Part shown: one piece after another, positions 9,123 through 17,144 of the stretch
Layout of the letters: each line of letters opens with the position of its first letter
Position numbering within the stretch: position 1 is the stretch's first letter
Assembly (NCBI GenBank): GCA_934101865.1
Contig: CAKOSA010000004.1
Coordinates: 1 to 61,038 of the forward strand
Source of the DNA: an uncultured Bacilli bacterium
GTDB lineage: Bacteria; Bacillota_I; Bacilli_A; RF39; UBA660
Length of the DNA: 61,038 nucleotides
Direction of reading: 5' to 3'
Translations under genes and position numbers: made by a program
Notes under the pieces: model-generated
The model's database searches: none
The model's input: the letters and a program-made list of their open reading frames with translations, nothing else
Told to the model about the DNA's origin: nothing

Positions 9123-10040
9123 ATGGGAAATTTAAGTGGTACACTTAAAAAGTTTATGGGTAACAAGAATACTGTTACTATAGTGGGGGTTTTGATTTGT
9201 ATACTTGTACTTTACTTTGGGTACAATTATAGGGTTAATAAGGCAGTGAAGATGGTTAGAGTTCCTTATGCTTTAGAGACTATACAACCTAAGACAAAGA
9301 TTACAAGTGAAATGATTGGGTATATGGAAGTACCAGAATCTTTTGAGGGTAACTATTATACTTATGGTGATATTAATAGTTTAATTGGTAAGTATTCTAG
9401 CTATAATACTATAATACCTGCTGGTAGTTTATTCTATGATGAGTTTGTTATTACTGAGGATAAGATTCCAGATGCTGTATTTTACAATGTTAAAAAGGGT
9501 TATGTTGTAGATAACTATAAAGTAGGAATGGATACTACTTATGCTAATTCTATTATGCCAGACTCTCTTATTGATATTTATGTTAAATATAATAATAATG
9601 GTAAGGTTAGTTATGGTAAGTTCTTTGAGAATGTTTCTGTACTTGCTGTTAAGGATGGTAGTGGTGCTAATGTATTTGAGAATACAGAAGAGAGTAGGAC
9701 ACCTGCTTATATGTTCTTATCTTTACCTAAAACACAGTACTATGCGTTTAAGTTATTGCAATATGCTAGGGACGAATTTTCTGACTATGGTATAGAAATT
9801 GTTATTGTTCCTAATACACAAGAGTATACGGCTGAAAATGAGGGTGCTGTTAAAGTTAGTAGTAATGATATTTTAGCTTTTGTTGAAGATAAGATTACTA
9901 AGATTGATAGTCAAGATGAAGAGTTTAATAAGTTAAAAGAAGATATGGCTAATCAAAAATTAGAAGATGAAAACCAAGATGATACTACTGATGATAATAG
10001 TGATACTAATAATGATAGTAATGATAATATTAATGGATAA
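9123..10040 (+). CDS. cpaB: CpaB/RcpC-like (SAF-domain) Flp pilus assembly protein
   Basis: N-terminal TM helix, a SAF-like segment (VRVPYALETIQPKTKITSEMIGYMEVP) and position directly upstream of the TadA-like ATPase. Acidic, Asn-rich C-terminal tail. Confidence 0.5.
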   Translation: MGNLSGTLKKFMGNKNTVTIVGVLICILVLYFGYNYRVNKAVKMVRVPYALETIQPKTKITSEMIGYMEVPESFEGNYYTYGDINSLIGKYSSYNTIIPAGSLFYDEFVITEDKIPDAVFYNVKKGYVVDNYKVGMDTTYANSIMPDSLIDIYVKYNNNGKVSYGKFFENVSVLAVKDGSGANVFENTEESRTPAYMFLSLPKTQYYAFKLLQYARDEFSDYGIEIVIVPNTQEYTAENEGAVKVSSNDILAFVEDKITKIDSQDEEFNKLKEDMANQKLEDENQDDTTDDNSDTNNDSNDNING

Positions 10041-10058
10041 TAGATAAGGAGGGTTATT

Positions 10059-11444
10059 ATGGATGGTGGTTTTACACAAGTTGATTTTGGTCCATTACAA
10101 ACGTTTTTGGAAAATGATGATATAACCGATATTTCTTATAGTAATAATGGACAGGTTTGGTTAAAGACTTTATCTAAGGGTGTATACAGAGTAGAGAATA
10201 CGGGAGTTGATAATGCTTTAATAGAGAAGATAGCCTTTCAGTGTGCAAATACAATGGGTAAGACATTTAATATGGCTAATCCGTTCTTGGATGCTGAAAG
10301 TGCTGAACTTCGTATGAACTTTGTTCATGATTCTATTGCTAAGAATGGGATTGCTTTACTTATAAGAAAGACTCCAGCTAAGATAAGGCTTGAGAAGGAT
10401 AAGATTATTAAAGAGGATTATATTAGACTTGATATTCACGATTTTCTACTTAAATGTGTAGAGGGTCACTGTAATATTTTGGTTAGTGGTGAAACTGGTA
10501 GTGGTAAAACGGAGTTTGTTAAGTATTTGGCTGCTCATACGAAAGAGAATGAAAAGATTATTACTATTGAGGATACTTTGGAGCTGCATTTGGATAAGAT
10601 ATTTCCACACCGTGATATTGTTGCTATGAAAACTAATAATATTGCTAGTTATAGTGATGTACTTGTTACTTGTATGAGACAGAATCCTAGATGGATACTT
10701 TTATCAGAGGTAAGAAGTGCGGAAGCGGTTATGGCTGTTAGGAACTCTATTAGTTCGGGACATAATATTTTATCGACAATACACGCTGATAAGGCAGCTT
10801 CTATTCCAAATCGTTTATATAGTTTGTTAGAGTCTAATTTGGATTTGGAACAATTTCTAAGAAGTATTCATAGATATGTTCAACTTGGTGTTCATATTAA
10901 GGGTTATTATAGTAAGGAGCTTGGTAGGTTTCATAGAGAGGTATGTGAAGTAACGGAGTTTTATGTTACTGAGAATAATGAAGCTAAGAGTAATACTATT
11001 TATAAGAAGACTCCTGATGGTAAGTTTACTATTAAGAATCCTACTAAGTATTTACTTGGATACTTAGAGAGTCAGGGAGTTATAATGCAACCGGATATTT
11101 TGGTTAAAGAGGAATTTCACGAAGTTAAGGATGACTTTGTTATAGATAAGTCTACGGGAGAAATGAGAAATAATAATGCTAATCTTAATATGAATACTAC
11201 TAATAATATTAATAGTGGTAATATTAATAGTGTTAATGCTAATTATAGAGTAGATAATAGTAGTAATAATATGGCTATTAATAGTAATGCACGTAGTGTC
11301 CAACCTCAAAATAGTATTCCTAATAATATGGGTTATAATAATCCTAATGTAAATAATATATATGGATTTAATAATGGTTATGTAATGCCAAATCAAGTTA
11401 CACCTGTAAACCCTGTTAATATTAATAATCAGAGTAATGGTTAG
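10059..11444 (+). CDS. tadA: TadA/CpaF-type secretion ATPase (VirB11/T2SSE superfamily) with Asn-rich C-terminal extension
   Basis: Walker A VSGETGSGKTEF, TIEDTLEL, Walker B-like RWILLSEVR and a His box (STIHAD). The last roughly 95 aa are low-complexity N/S/V-rich. Confidence 0.8.
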   Translation: MDGGFTQVDFGPLQTFLENDDITDISYSNNGQVWLKTLSKGVYRVENTGVDNALIEKIAFQCANTMGKTFNMANPFLDAESAELRMNFVHDSIAKNGIALLIRKTPAKIRLEKDKIIKEDYIRLDIHDFLLKCVEGHCNILVSGETGSGKTEFVKYLAAHTKENEKIITIEDTLELHLDKIFPHRDIVAMKTNNIASYSDVLVTCMRQNPRWILLSEVRSAEAVMAVRNSISSGHNILSTIHADKAASIPNRLYSLLESNLDLEQFLRSIHRYVQLGVHIKGYYSKELGRFHREVCEVTEFYVTENNEAKSNTIYKKTPDGKFTIKNPTKYLLGYLESQGVIMQPDILVKEEFHEVKDDFVIDKSTGEMRNNNANLNMNTTNNINSGNINSVNANYRVDNSSNNMAINSNARSVQPQNSIPNNMGYNNPNVNNIYGFNNGYVMPNQVTPVNPVNINNQSNG

Positions 11445-11458
11445 AAAGTAGGTGAGTT

Positions 11459-12355
11459 ATGATAGAGATAGTAATAGTTGGTATAATTATTGTATTTATT
11501 GTTTTATATCGTTCTAGTAATGGGGAAAATGTATATAAGTTTTTAGTTGATCAAACGGCAGATACTTATAATAAGCTTGCTCCTTATTCTTTCAAGATGA
11601 TGAGGGACAAGGTTAAGGAACTGGGTCTTGAATATAGTGTCAAGCAATATACTATTCAGATTATTATATTTGCGGGATTCGCTGGCTTAGTTGGATACTT
11701 TTATTTCTATGATTTAGTTGTTGTAGTTGTATATGCTTGTATAGCTGTAGCGGTTATTCCTTATCTTACTTATTTGAGGTGTAAAAGGCAATATAGTGAG
11801 TTTATATTTGAACAAGTACAGGTATATACTACGAATACGATAATGGAGTTTGCAACGACAAAGGCTTTTGTTAAGGCTCTAGAGGGAGTTGTTGAGTCTG
11901 GGGTATTAGAGGATCCGGTTTTATCTGATGTTAAGACAATGATTGCTTTATCTTATGAGAATGGTGATATAGAGGATTCTATTAAATATATGGATTCTAA
12001 GTATCCTTTCTATATGGTTAAGAATATGCATCAACTTTTCTTACAGGTTACTAAAGAGGGTGCTAAGGATACGGAAGAGACTTTTAATAATATGCTTAAT
12101 GATATTGACCTTCTTGTTGATGGTGTTTATAGGGATAGAAGTGATAGGAAGTTATTCCACAGACAGTTTGTTATATTTGGTCTTGTTCTTTATGCTATTA
12201 TAGTACTGGTACAGTTACTTCTTGGAGTGGATTCTTATATTAAGCTTTTGGATAGTCTTATTGTTACGATAATGGTACACGGAGTTGTATTTATTAATAG
12301 TTACTTTCTTCTTAAGGGAGAAAAATATTATAACGAGAATGTGGGTGCGGAATAA
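11459..12355 (+). CDS. tadB: TadB-like (T2SSF-family) polytopic membrane protein
   Basis: About 300 aa with an N-terminal TM, a cytoplasmic domain and C-terminal TM pairs. Immediately follows the ATPase, as in tad loci. Confidence 0.6.
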   Translation: MIEIVIVGIIIVFIVLYRSSNGENVYKFLVDQTADTYNKLAPYSFKMMRDKVKELGLEYSVKQYTIQIIIFAGFAGLVGYFYFYDLVVVVVYACIAVAVIPYLTYLRCKRQYSEFIFEQVQVYTTNTIMEFATTKAFVKALEGVVESGVLEDPVLSDVKTMIALSYENGDIEDSIKYMDSKYPFYMVKNMHQLFLQVTKEGAKDTEETFNNMLNDIDLLVDGVYRDRSDRKLFHRQFVIFGLVLYAIIVLVQLLLGVDSYIKLLDSLIVTIMVHGVVFINSYFLLKGEKYYNENVGAE

Positions 12356-13149
12356 TGTATATAGAAATTCTTATTGTTATTATTGTAATTGGCTTTATTT
12401 TGGTGTATAATAATGTTATAAGTACTAATAGATTCTTTGATGAGAATTCAAAAGTATTTCTAGCTATTAAAGAGAAGGATTATGATTTCTTACTTAGGGC
12501 TAAGTATGGTGAGAAGGTTTATGATCCTAATGAAGTATTTATGAGAAGAATTAGGAAGGCTATAATGGTTACGTTCTTATTTCTATTTATATTTATTTCT
12601 AAGATTAGTGCTTTATATATTCTTATTTCTTTAGCTATTGGAGTTCTTGTATTTAAGCTTCCTTATATTGATTTAAAGAAGTATTATAAACAACATTTGA
12701 ATGTTATTGACTCTTTACTTCCTTATTATTTGAAGAGTTTAGAGGTACTTGTTCAGCATTATACAGTGCCTGTTGCTCTTGCTAAGAGTATAGAGGATGC
12801 TCCAGCAGTGTTTAAGCCTGGTCTTAAGGAGTTAGTAGCTAAGATTGAGGCTGGAGACTCTAGTGTGGATCCTTATATGGATTTTGCAAAGGAGTATCCG
12901 GTTAGGGATTCTATGAGAATGATGAGGCTTTTGTATAGGCTTGGGTTAGGTGAACAAGAGATGAAACACGAGCAAATGGTATCGTTTTCGAAGTCTGTTT
13001 CTTCACTTCAACTTAAAGCAAGAGAGCAAAAGTATAAGGCAAGATTAGATTCTATGGAAAATCAAACTATGAAGATGTTAGTATGTACAGGCGGAAGTGC
13101 TTTGTTAATATTACTTATTGCGGCATTTCAGATGCTTGGTTCATCATAA
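12355..13149 (+). CDS. tadC: TadC-like (T2SSF-family) polytopic membrane protein
   Basis: Start overlaps the upstream stop (ATAATG). Same TM/cytoplasmic/TM layout as the preceding gene; a paired TadB/TadC arrangement. Confidence 0.6.
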   Translation: MYIEILIVIIVIGFILVYNNVISTNRFFDENSKVFLAIKEKDYDFLLRAKYGEKVYDPNEVFMRRIRKAIMVTFLFLFIFISKISALYILISLAIGVLVFKLPYIDLKKYYKQHLNVIDSLLPYYLKSLEVLVQHYTVPVALAKSIEDAPAVFKPGLKELVAKIEAGDSSVDPYMDFAKEYPVRDSMRMMRLLYRLGLGEQEMKHEQMVSFSKSVSSLQLKAREQKYKARLDSMENQTMKMLVCTGGSALLILLIAAFQMLGSS

Positions 13150-13203
13150 TATAGACGTATTAGAAAGAAAAAATGAATTATTATATTTAAAGGAGGTGAA
13201 AGG

Positions 13204-13392
13204 ATGAAAGAAGCAACAGGTGAAGTAAGTATGACTATTGTTACGTTGGTTGCTATTGCTGTTATTGGAGCGATACTAGCATCACAATGGGATACTATTA
13301 AAAATTATGTTACAGACTTATGGGGAGCTGGTCAGTCATCTACTGCTGGAAATGGCTATGATAATGTTATTAAGAAGAAAGATACTCCATAA
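13204..13392 (+). CDS. flp: Flp-like small pilin (atypical leader)
   Basis: AGGAGG RBS. 62 aa: a short charged leader MKEATG, then hydrophobic helix EVSMTIVTLVAIAVIGAILA. Sits after tadC as in tad loci, but lacks the canonical G/xxxxEY motif. Confidence 0.55.
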   Translation: MKEATGEVSMTIVTLVAIAVIGAILASQWDTIKNYVTDLWGAGQSSTAGNGYDNVIKKKDTP

Positions 13393-13420
13393 TATACAAT
13401 TTAGAAAAGAGGTGTTTTAA

Positions 13421-13870
13421 ATGAGGGAAAGCTTTGGTGGGTTATTTATGATGGTTTTACTACTTATTATTCTAACTGTGGTTGTTGCTTTTGCAGCAAT
13501 TGGGCTTTCCATAGGTAAAACATTTCGAGTGAAAAATCAGATTATTGCTTATATTGAAGAATATGAGGGTTGTAAAATATCAACTGGTAATAATTCAGGA
13601 AAAGCAGGAGTTTGTGATGGTGATAAAGCAGCAACGAAGATTAATGAATATCTTGCTAATTCTGGTTATAACAATGGTTATAATGTTGTTATGTTGGATT
13701 CTAATGAGGGAAAGGGTTATTATTACGAAGTTACAGTATATGCAACTTGGTACCTTCCCTTTGTAAGTTCCAATAATAAAAGTGTATTTGCTTCTTCTGC
13801 CGGTAATGGTACGGGAGGAAGTTGGAGTATAAGAGGAAAAACAGATCTTATTATGAGAGGTGTTAATTAA
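13421..13870 (+). CDS. TadE-like pseudopilin
   Basis: MRESFGGLFMMVLLLIILTVVVAF leader plus helix. About 150 aa; position after flp. Confidence 0.5.
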   Translation: MRESFGGLFMMVLLLIILTVVVAFAAIGLSIGKTFRVKNQIIAYIEEYEGCKISTGNNSGKAGVCDGDKAATKINEYLANSGYNNGYNVVMLDSNEGKGYYYEVTVYATWYLPFVSSNNKSVFASSAGNGTGGSWSIRGKTDLIMRGVN

Positions 13871-14292
13871 TGAAGGATTCTTTTGGTTCAGCATATATGA
13901 TATATGTATTTATATTTTTTGTTATTATATTTGTTATTTTTATTTCTTTAATACTTAAATATGCTCAAGCATTTAAGGTTAAGGATCAGATAATTAGTAT
14001 AATAGAGGAGTATGAGGGGTATGATTATAGGGTTATTGATGATATTCAAAATTATATAGAATCTACTTCTTATAGAACTGAAATTGATAATAAAACTTAT
14101 AATAAGATAGATGGAGATTGTAATACAGAATATAGATATTGTATTGCTAAGCATTCTACTGGTGATGTAACATATTATACAGTATACACTTTTGTTAGTT
14201 GGAATTTTCCATTCTTTAACCTTAGTGGAGTTTGGAATATACAAGGGGAAACTAGACCTGTTATATCTAATGTAGTGCAAGATTATAGTTAA
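13870..14292 (+). CDS. TadE/TadF-like pseudopilin (paralog of previous gene)
   Basis: MKDSFGSAYMIYVFIFFVIIFVIF. Shares with 13421-13870 the leader, the FRVKNQII.YIEEYEG / FKVKDQIISIIEEYEG block and a C-terminal W..PF motif. Start overlaps the upstream stop. Confidence 0.5.
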   Translation: MKDSFGSAYMIYVFIFFVIIFVIFISLILKYAQAFKVKDQIISIIEEYEGYDYRVIDDIQNYIESTSYRTEIDNKTYNKIDGDCNTEYRYCIAKHSTGDVTYYTVYTFVSWNFPFFNLSGVWNIQGETRPVISNVVQDYS

Positions 14293-14304
14293 GGAGGAGA
14301 GATT

Positions 14305-15273
14305 ATGAATGTAATAGTTGCTAATAAGAATAAGGATTTATTTAGTAATTTGGATGTTGATGTTATTAGAAGTGAATATGGTGAATTTACGGTAGAAGAA
14401 CTTATACAGATGTTTTCTAATTTCTTCTTTAATAGAATGTTTTTGGATATTACTGCTATTGAGGGATATGAGAATTTGGGTAATATCCAAAAATTGTCTA
14501 TGAATATGGATATGAGTAAGGTTATTTTTTATTTAGATGATTTTGAGTCTACTAATAATCCTAATTATATATCTAATTTGATTAGTATGGGGATATATAA
14601 TTTTACTCGTAATTTAGAGGGGCTTATGTATTTATATAATCATCCTAATAGTTATAAGGATGTTGCTCATCTTCATATACTTGGTGGGAGTATGAATCTT
14701 AGTAATAATAATAATAATAATAATAGGGTTAATACTAATAAGAGTATGGATAATATTATGAGAGGTGGTGCTAAAATTGTTGGGTTTAAGAACCTTACTT
14801 TACACGCTGGAGCTACATCTCTTGTATATATGATAAAGAAGTATTTATCTACTTATAAGAATGTTGTAGCAATAGAAGTTGATAAGAAGGATTTTACTTA
14901 TTTTAGGGATAGGGAACTTGTTTCTATTAGTGATAGTGATGTTAGTAATGTTATTGATAAGTATAGGAATGTTGATGTAATACTTATTGATTTAAATAAT
15001 TCTCGTAATACTCATTTATGTGATGATGTTATATATTTAGTGGAGCCTTCTACTATTAGACTTAATAGGCTTATGCTTATTAATAAGAATGTTTTTAATG
15101 ATTTAAGGAATCATAAGATAGTACTTAATAAGAGTTTACTTGATAGTAATGATATTAGTGATTTTGAGAGGGAAGCTGGTATTAAGTTATTTGCTAATAT
15201 TCCTCCTATTAATGATAAGGGTGATGATTTTAGTGCTTTGTCTATGATGCTTAATAAGTTAGAAATTGATTAG
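14305..15273 (+). CDS. TadZ/CpaE-like ParA/MinD-fold protein with degenerate P-loop
   Basis: Receiver-like N-terminal domain, poly-Asn linker, then a MinD-like block KIVGFKNLTLHAGATSLVYMI...VDVILIDL. The expected KGGxGKT Walker A reads HAGATS. Confidence 0.45.
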   Translation: MNVIVANKNKDLFSNLDVDVIRSEYGEFTVEELIQMFSNFFFNRMFLDITAIEGYENLGNIQKLSMNMDMSKVIFYLDDFESTNNPNYISNLISMGIYNFTRNLEGLMYLYNHPNSYKDVAHLHILGGSMNLSNNNNNNNRVNTNKSMDNIMRGGAKIVGFKNLTLHAGATSLVYMIKKYLSTYKNVVAIEVDKKDFTYFRDRELVSISDSDVSNVIDKYRNVDVILIDLNNSRNTHLCDDVIYLVEPSTIRLNRLMLINKNVFNDLRNHKIVLNKSLLDSNDISDFEREAGIKLFANIPPINDKGDDFSALSMMLNKLEID

Positions 15274-15468
15274 TTTACACTTTATATTATTGATGTAAAT
15301 AGACAGTGTAAAGGTGTAAAATGATTATACACATAGTGTAAAGTGTGTAAATAAAAAATTGCCCTGTATATAATAGCAGTTTTTGAAAAACTGTAATAGA
15401 TAATGTGCAGAAATTGAAAAACTGTATACTTAGTACCGAAAGTATAAGATTGATATTTCTATTAACTT

Positions 15469-15500
15469 AGAAGATATATATGCTTCTTTTTTTCTTTTTT
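15469..15500 (+). terminator. Candidate terminator of the pilus-like operon
   Basis: AGAAG...CTTCT hairpin (15469-15487) followed by a long T-rich run. Confidence 0.45.
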
Positions 15501-15613
15501 AGTTCGCAATAGCGTACTCTTATAAAAAAGGAATGTGAATATTTTGTGATTTATAGTCGGAACTACTTGCATAAGGGGGAAAAATGTTGTAAAATGTTAG
15601 TAAGGAGGAGTTT

Positions 15614-16093
15614 ATGAAAAAGACAGATTATATTTTAATAGGCGTTGTAGCTTTAATTATTATCCTTAGTATTTTTGTTGTTAAGGGTACAAATAAAGAA
15701 GAAAAAACTAATGTAGAGAAGGTAACCTTAGTTGGTGATGCCGGACTTGTTAAAGTTGGTTATAGTGACTATGATACATCTATTAAGAATGGTGAAGGGC
15801 AACTTATTATCATAGAAAGAACAGGATGTACATATTGTGAGAAGTTTATGCCTATTGCTGAGGAAGTTGCAACAGAGAAGAATATTCCTATTAGATATAT
15901 TGATATTGCAGAAATTAGTGAAGATGAACTTAATAGTTTAACTACTTCAAACAATTACTTTAAGAAGAATACTGAATGGGGAACTCCAACTACTTTACTT
16001 ATGAATGGTAGTGATGTTATTGATAGTATAAGTGGTTATGTTGAGAAAGATAAATTAAATGAGTTTATTGATAAAAATGTTAATTTAGGTTAG
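15614..16093 (+). CDS. Membrane-anchored thioredoxin-like protein (CTYC active site)
   Basis: AGGAGG RBS, N-terminal TM helix, ERTGCTYCEKFMP motif and a WGTPTTLLMNG cis-Pro loop. Paralog of 4492-4920. Confidence 0.65.
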   Translation: MKKTDYILIGVVALIIILSIFVVKGTNKEEKTNVEKVTLVGDAGLVKVGYSDYDTSIKNGEGQLIIIERTGCTYCEKFMPIAEEVATEKNIPIRYIDIAEISEDELNSLTTSNNYFKKNTEWGTPTTLLMNGSDVIDSISGYVEKDKLNEFIDKNVNLG

Positions 16094-16103
16094 GATGTGA
16101 AAA

Positions 16104-16580
16104 ATGAGTGATACTTATAAGTTAGCTAAAAGGTTTAAGAGGAAATATCCTTTAACGGTGGCGTGGAGACTTAGAAGTCATTGTAAAGTAATTGATATGC
16201 ACCTTAATAAGAGTGAAGGAGAAGAGATTCTATACTTGTTTATGGGACAAAAGAATGAAAATCCTTTTGATTTTGTTAATACTAATGTTATTGTTCTTAC
16301 TAATAAGAGAATAATGGTAGCTACAAAGAGGATTGTCTTTGGATATTTCTTTATATCTATTACTCCAGAAATGTATAATGATCTTACTATTAAGAAGGGA
16401 TTATTATGGGGTACTGTAATTATTGATACTATTAAGGAAAATTGTTACTTTACTAATATTGATCCTAAGGCATTACCGGAAATTGAAACTAATATCACGG
16501 AAATTATGGCAAGGGTTCAAAAGGAATGTGAAGTTCCTATTAGACGTAATAAGGCTATGGCTAAAAGTATTGAAAGTTAA
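16104..16580 (+). CDS. Bacterial PH-domain (YokE-like) protein
   Basis: EEILYLFMGQ...VIVLTNKRIMVATKR pattern is typical of bacterial PH-like (bPH) domains. Confidence 0.45.
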   Translation: MSDTYKLAKRFKRKYPLTVAWRLRSHCKVIDMHLNKSEGEEILYLFMGQKNENPFDFVNTNVIVLTNKRIMVATKRIVFGYFFISITPEMYNDLTIKKGLLWGTVIIDTIKENCYFTNIDPKALPEIETNITEIMARVQKECEVPIRRNKAMAKSIES

Positions 16581-16636
16581 TAAGTGTTTAGGCACTTATT
16601 TTTTCTTTTGGAATATCTTATTATTGGGTGATATTT

Positions 16637-17086
16637 ATGTATGAAATTTATGATATTAAGGATGGGGATACGTTAGAGAGTATTGCTTATATGTATGATA
16701 TTACTGTTCAGGATATTAAGGATATTAATGGTGATGTTAGTAATTTTAGGGCTGGTGGTAATATAATTGTACCGAAAAAGAGGAATGCTTACTTTGATAC
16801 TTATCCTATAAAGAAGGGAGATTCTCTTTATGCTATTAGTAAAGAGTATGGTCTTAGTCCTAGTTTATTAGCGGGTCTTAATGGTCTTAATCTTAATGAT
16901 TATATTTATCCTGGGGATAGTATTATGGTTCCTAAGAGTGGTGTTAGTGTATATATTACAGCACAGGGTGATACTGTTGATAGTGTAATAAGGGGTATGA
17001 ATGCTAATAGGGATGTTTTTCTTAAGGAAAATGATAGGATTTATTTGTACCCTGGGCAATTAATTGTGTATAAGGAAGAAAAATGA
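16637..17086 (+). CDS. Triple LysM-domain protein
   Basis: Three LysM-like repeats: YDIKDGDTLESIAYMYDITVQDIKDING, YPIKKGDSLYAISKEYGLSPSLLAGLNGL and YITAQGDTVDSVIRGMNAN. Confidence 0.7.
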   Translation: MYEIYDIKDGDTLESIAYMYDITVQDIKDINGDVSNFRAGGNIIVPKKRNAYFDTYPIKKGDSLYAISKEYGLSPSLLAGLNGLNLNDYIYPGDSIMVPKSGVSVYITAQGDTVDSVIRGMNANRDVFLKENDRIYLYPGQLIVYKEEK

Positions 17087-17144
17087 CTTTTCTTTTCTTT
17101 TTTTTTGCGGTATAATAGTGTTATGATAGAGGAGGGATTGTTAT

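Noticed and set aside
9541-9795. 84-aa and similar plus-strand alternate-frame ORFs inside operon genes (9541-9795, 13545-13766, 16423-16644, 20318-20524, 23534-23785 and others).
   Set aside because: They are embedded in other frames of well-supported CDSs, are Leu/Arg/Met-rich artefact translations, and have no start context.
14703-14725. (AAT)n microsatellite as a phase-variation switch in the TadZ-like gene.
   Set aside because: The trinucleotide unit keeps the reading frame, so slippage only changes poly-Asn length. Noted under the Asn-tract finding, not as an on/off switch.
15376-15392. CAGTTTTTGAAAAACTG palindrome as a CodY box.
   Set aside because: About five mismatches to the AATTTTCWGAAAATT consensus as I recall it, so it is not a convincing match.
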